Shown here: one piece after another, positions 61,489-64,000 of the stretch
Position numbering within the stretch: the first letter of the stretch is position 1
Layout of the letters: the number at the start of each line of letters is the position of its first letter
Assembly: GCF_902713615.1 (NCBI RefSeq)
Contig: NC_052149.1
Location: forward strand, 126,607,256-126,671,255
Reading direction: 5' to 3'
Origin: Scyliorhinus canicula
Taxonomy: Eukaryota
DNA length: 64,000 nt
Notes under the pieces: generated by a model
Seen by the model: the letters and a program-made list of their open reading frames with translations, nothing else
Database searches by the model: none
Told to the model about the DNA's origin: nothing
Program-made: the position numbers and the translations under genes

Positions 61489-61789
61489 TATGGCCAGCTC
61501 TCACTTTGCTGACAGTAATAATCAGCGACATCCTCATTCTGCACATTGCTGATTGTCAGGGTGAACCTTGTAGTGGACAGTTGTCTGCCGGTGAATCGGT
61601 CGGATATTCCTGTGAATCGAGTTGTTGCATCATAGATCAGCAGAGCCGGTTTTTGACCTTCTCGCTGTTGGAACCATTCAACATCACCACTCGCAGATTG
61701 ACTGGCCGTACAGGTGATGGTTGCGGTCTGGCCCAGGCTCAATGACAGCACCGGGGGAGACTGGGTCATGATGATGTCTCCACTGATAC
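61489..61789 (-). CDS. IGKV: Ig light-chain V exon, kappa type, open frame
   Basis: Acceptor cccctcag before 61789. Reads (G)[99 protein letters not shown], with both Cys and the Trp. V-12/J-23 RSS polarity is kappa-like. Confidence 0.96.
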
Positions 61790-61975
61790 CTGAGGGGTAA
61801 TAGAGAAACAGAGTGAAGTAAGAACTGTCACAGAAAGAGCCTGTACAATGAGATATTGTTGGAGACACTGACTGTTCCTCTGCTTTCAGCATTTTCCCTT
61901 CAATCACAAGTCAGTAGAATTGGATTGAAATGGAGAGCAGGAAAATATTCAAGGTGGAAGGAGAGAGATTTGTAC

Positions 61976-62024
61976 CTGCGATGCAGAATGCCAGAGGCCA
62001 GATCAGCTGGATGGCTGAAATCAT
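61976..62024 (-). CDS. Ig V leader exon (MISAIQLIWPLAFCIA-G)
   Basis: gacaccATG at 62024; a 49-nt hydrophobic exon ending CGCAG|GTAC (phase 1); 186-nt intron to the V exon. Confidence 0.92.
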
Positions 62025-62084
62025 GGTGTCTGCTCCTGTCCCTGTGCCTGGTTACTGATAAACTCTCCCTTCACTGGGCTCTGC

Positions 62085-62178
62085 TTTATAAAGCTGCAGC
62101 CTGAGAGTCTGACTGCCCGTTCCTCAGTATGTAAATGGTATGAGGCAGGGACACCACGTCAGCACCTTCACTTCCTCT
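62085..62178 (-). promoter_or_regulatory. V promoter: TATA-like box, variant octamer and PU.1-type site
   Basis: TTTATAAA 62085-62092; minus-strand ATTTACAT 62136-62129 (one mismatch to ATTTGCAT); minus-strand AGAGGAAGTGAA 62178-62167. Confidence 0.7.
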
Positions 62179-62463
62179 TCTTCTCTCTCACTCACTACTC
62201 ACTACTACTCAGTATCAGACCCTTATTTTCTGCCTCTCCCCCTCTCCCCCTCTCTCTGTGTCTCTCTGTCTTGTTCTTCCTGTCTCACTGTATCTGCTTG
62301 CTCTCCCCCTCTCTCTCCCTCCGTTGATACCTGTCCCTCAGACTCTCTCTCTGTCTCTCTCTCTTTCACCCTGATTTTATCTCTCTTTCTCCCTCACTTT
62401 ATTTCTCTATTTGTTCCTCTGTGTTTTCATCTCCCTCTACCTGAGAGGAGGTAACAATCTCAT

Positions 62464-62720
62464 TCACTCTATTAGTCCCCTCAGGATATCTTTATTGAAG
62501 ATCATGTCTCGTTCTTCTGAACTTTGATCCTTGTACAGCTGCAGTAAAATGTCCCTGTTTTTATTTTCTGTTCCACTTATAATAAACACCAACATTCCAT
62601 TTCCCTTCCTGATCACTTGCTGGACCTGCAGATTAACATGATCTGTAGTTACAGCTTGCCAACGCATAACAAAGCATTTACCCCTCTCCCAGATTTCTGT
62701 TAACCAAAAAATCCTACATC
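62464..62720 (-). mobile_element. CR1 RT 3' fragment
   Basis: VNLQVQQVIRKGNGMLVFI, homologous to 59200-59300. Confidence 0.7.
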
Positions 62721-63049
62721 CATATTCAGATATTACACTGTATACCATGGGATCATGGGCGGGATTCTCCAGCCACACCCACCCGGTGACCAGACATTCC
62801 GCCCAAGGTCAAAGGACCTCTACAGGGTCCGCGTCCCACCCGTGACGACCTTGCGGCGAAGAATCCAGCCCCATATCTTGTGCAGTAACATTTTGTGTGG
62901 CACCTGACCAAATACCTTTTGGAATTCCGAATACATCACATCTACAGCTTCCCCTTTTTCCACCTTCTGACTTCCTCAAAGATGGATGAGCTCAAGCGAG
63001 AGCACAACAGGCCGAAGATTCGCACCCCAAGTACCATTCCAGAACACCC

Positions 63050-63460
63050 CTGACCTCACTGACCTGTTACCCCTGACCTCACTGACCTGTTAATTCTGAC
63101 CTCACTGATCTGTTACCCCTGACCTCACTGACCTGTTACCCCTGACCTCAGTGACCTGTTATCCCTGACCTCACTGACCTGTTAATTCTGACCTTACTGA
63201 CCTGTTACCCCTGACCTCACTGACCTTTTACCCCTGACCTCACTGACCTGTTAATTCTGACCTCACTGACCTGTTAATTCTGACCACACTGACCTGTTAA
63301 TTCTGACCTCACTGACCTGTTAATTCTGATCTCACTGACCTGTTGTCCCCTACATCACTTATCTGTTAGCCCTGATCTCACTGACCTGTTACCTTTGAAC
63401 TCACTGATCTATTGCCCCTAACCTCACTGACCTCTTACCCCTGACCTCACTGACCTCCAA
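63050..63460 (+). repeat. 23-bp minisatellite, ~18 copies
   Basis: Unit CTGACCTCACTGACCTGTTA(CCC/ATT). Confidence 0.92.
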
Positions 63461-64000
63461 TTCCCTCCATGGCCTCACTCCTCCCTACCTCTGTGTCCTG
63501 CTGCAGACTCACATTCCCTCCCTCACCCTTCCATCCTCTGACTCTGGTCTCCTGCCCATCGCTACTTCCTTCATCCCACCATTGACAGCAGAGCCTTCAG
63601 GTGCCTAGGGCCTGCTCTCTGAACTCTCACCCTTAAACCCTCCCCCTCTCCAGGTCACTCCACTCCATCAAACTCCATCCTTCAATCCAAGCCTTCGATT
63701 AATCTTCCTTAAATACCCCCAACTCCCCCGATCCTCTTACTGCCGCTCTGTGTAACATCCTGGGATGTTTTGTACATTAAGGCACTATTTAAATTCATTT
63801 TGTGTGGGGATTTTGTTTGGGGACAGAATTAGACAAAGTAGTGATGGCTCCTTCAGTCAAATATCCTGATGAAAGGGTCCAAACTGCCCCAAACAGAATG
63901 GTAAAATCCCAGGATGTTAATAATGGGGGATGCAATGATGGTACACCATTCATTGAATGTCAAGAGGCAATGGTTGGATTCTCTCTTCCTGGAGATGGAC

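Overview
Eukaryotic, repeat-dense vertebrate DNA. It is almost certainly from a cartilaginous fish (shark), based on HE1-type SINEs and a shark-type Ig light-chain gene; a catshark origin is only a guess. The only host gene I can support is one complete, unrearranged Ig light-chain cluster on the minus strand: leader 62024-61976, V 61789-61489 with a 12-bp RSS, one J 61074-61040 with a 23-bp RSS, and C 56123-55795. It is kappa type (shark type III/NS4-like) and appears intact. The 55 kb downstream is transposon debris (L1/Tx1, CR1, L2, Rex1-like, Penelope-like, Harbinger, solo LTRs, SINEs) plus many tandem arrays covering roughly 30% of the window. The most notable items are: (i) a ~13.9-kb 16-bp satellite whose Ig-sense strand is G-rich with one AGCT per unit, resembling a switch region, about 13.5 kb 3' of C, with 2.5-3.1-kb higher-order duplications; (ii) a 28 x 48-bp in-frame array amplified from a Harbinger transposase; (iii) a Penelope-like palindrome with hammerhead-ribozyme cores; (iv) an Ets-IRF/E-box/Runx motif island sharing a 12-mer with the V promoter; (v) a flush V-J joint that would create a stop codon. 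All element-family calls come from recognised motifs, not database searches. Repeat boundaries are approximate unless a TSD or splice site is quoted.
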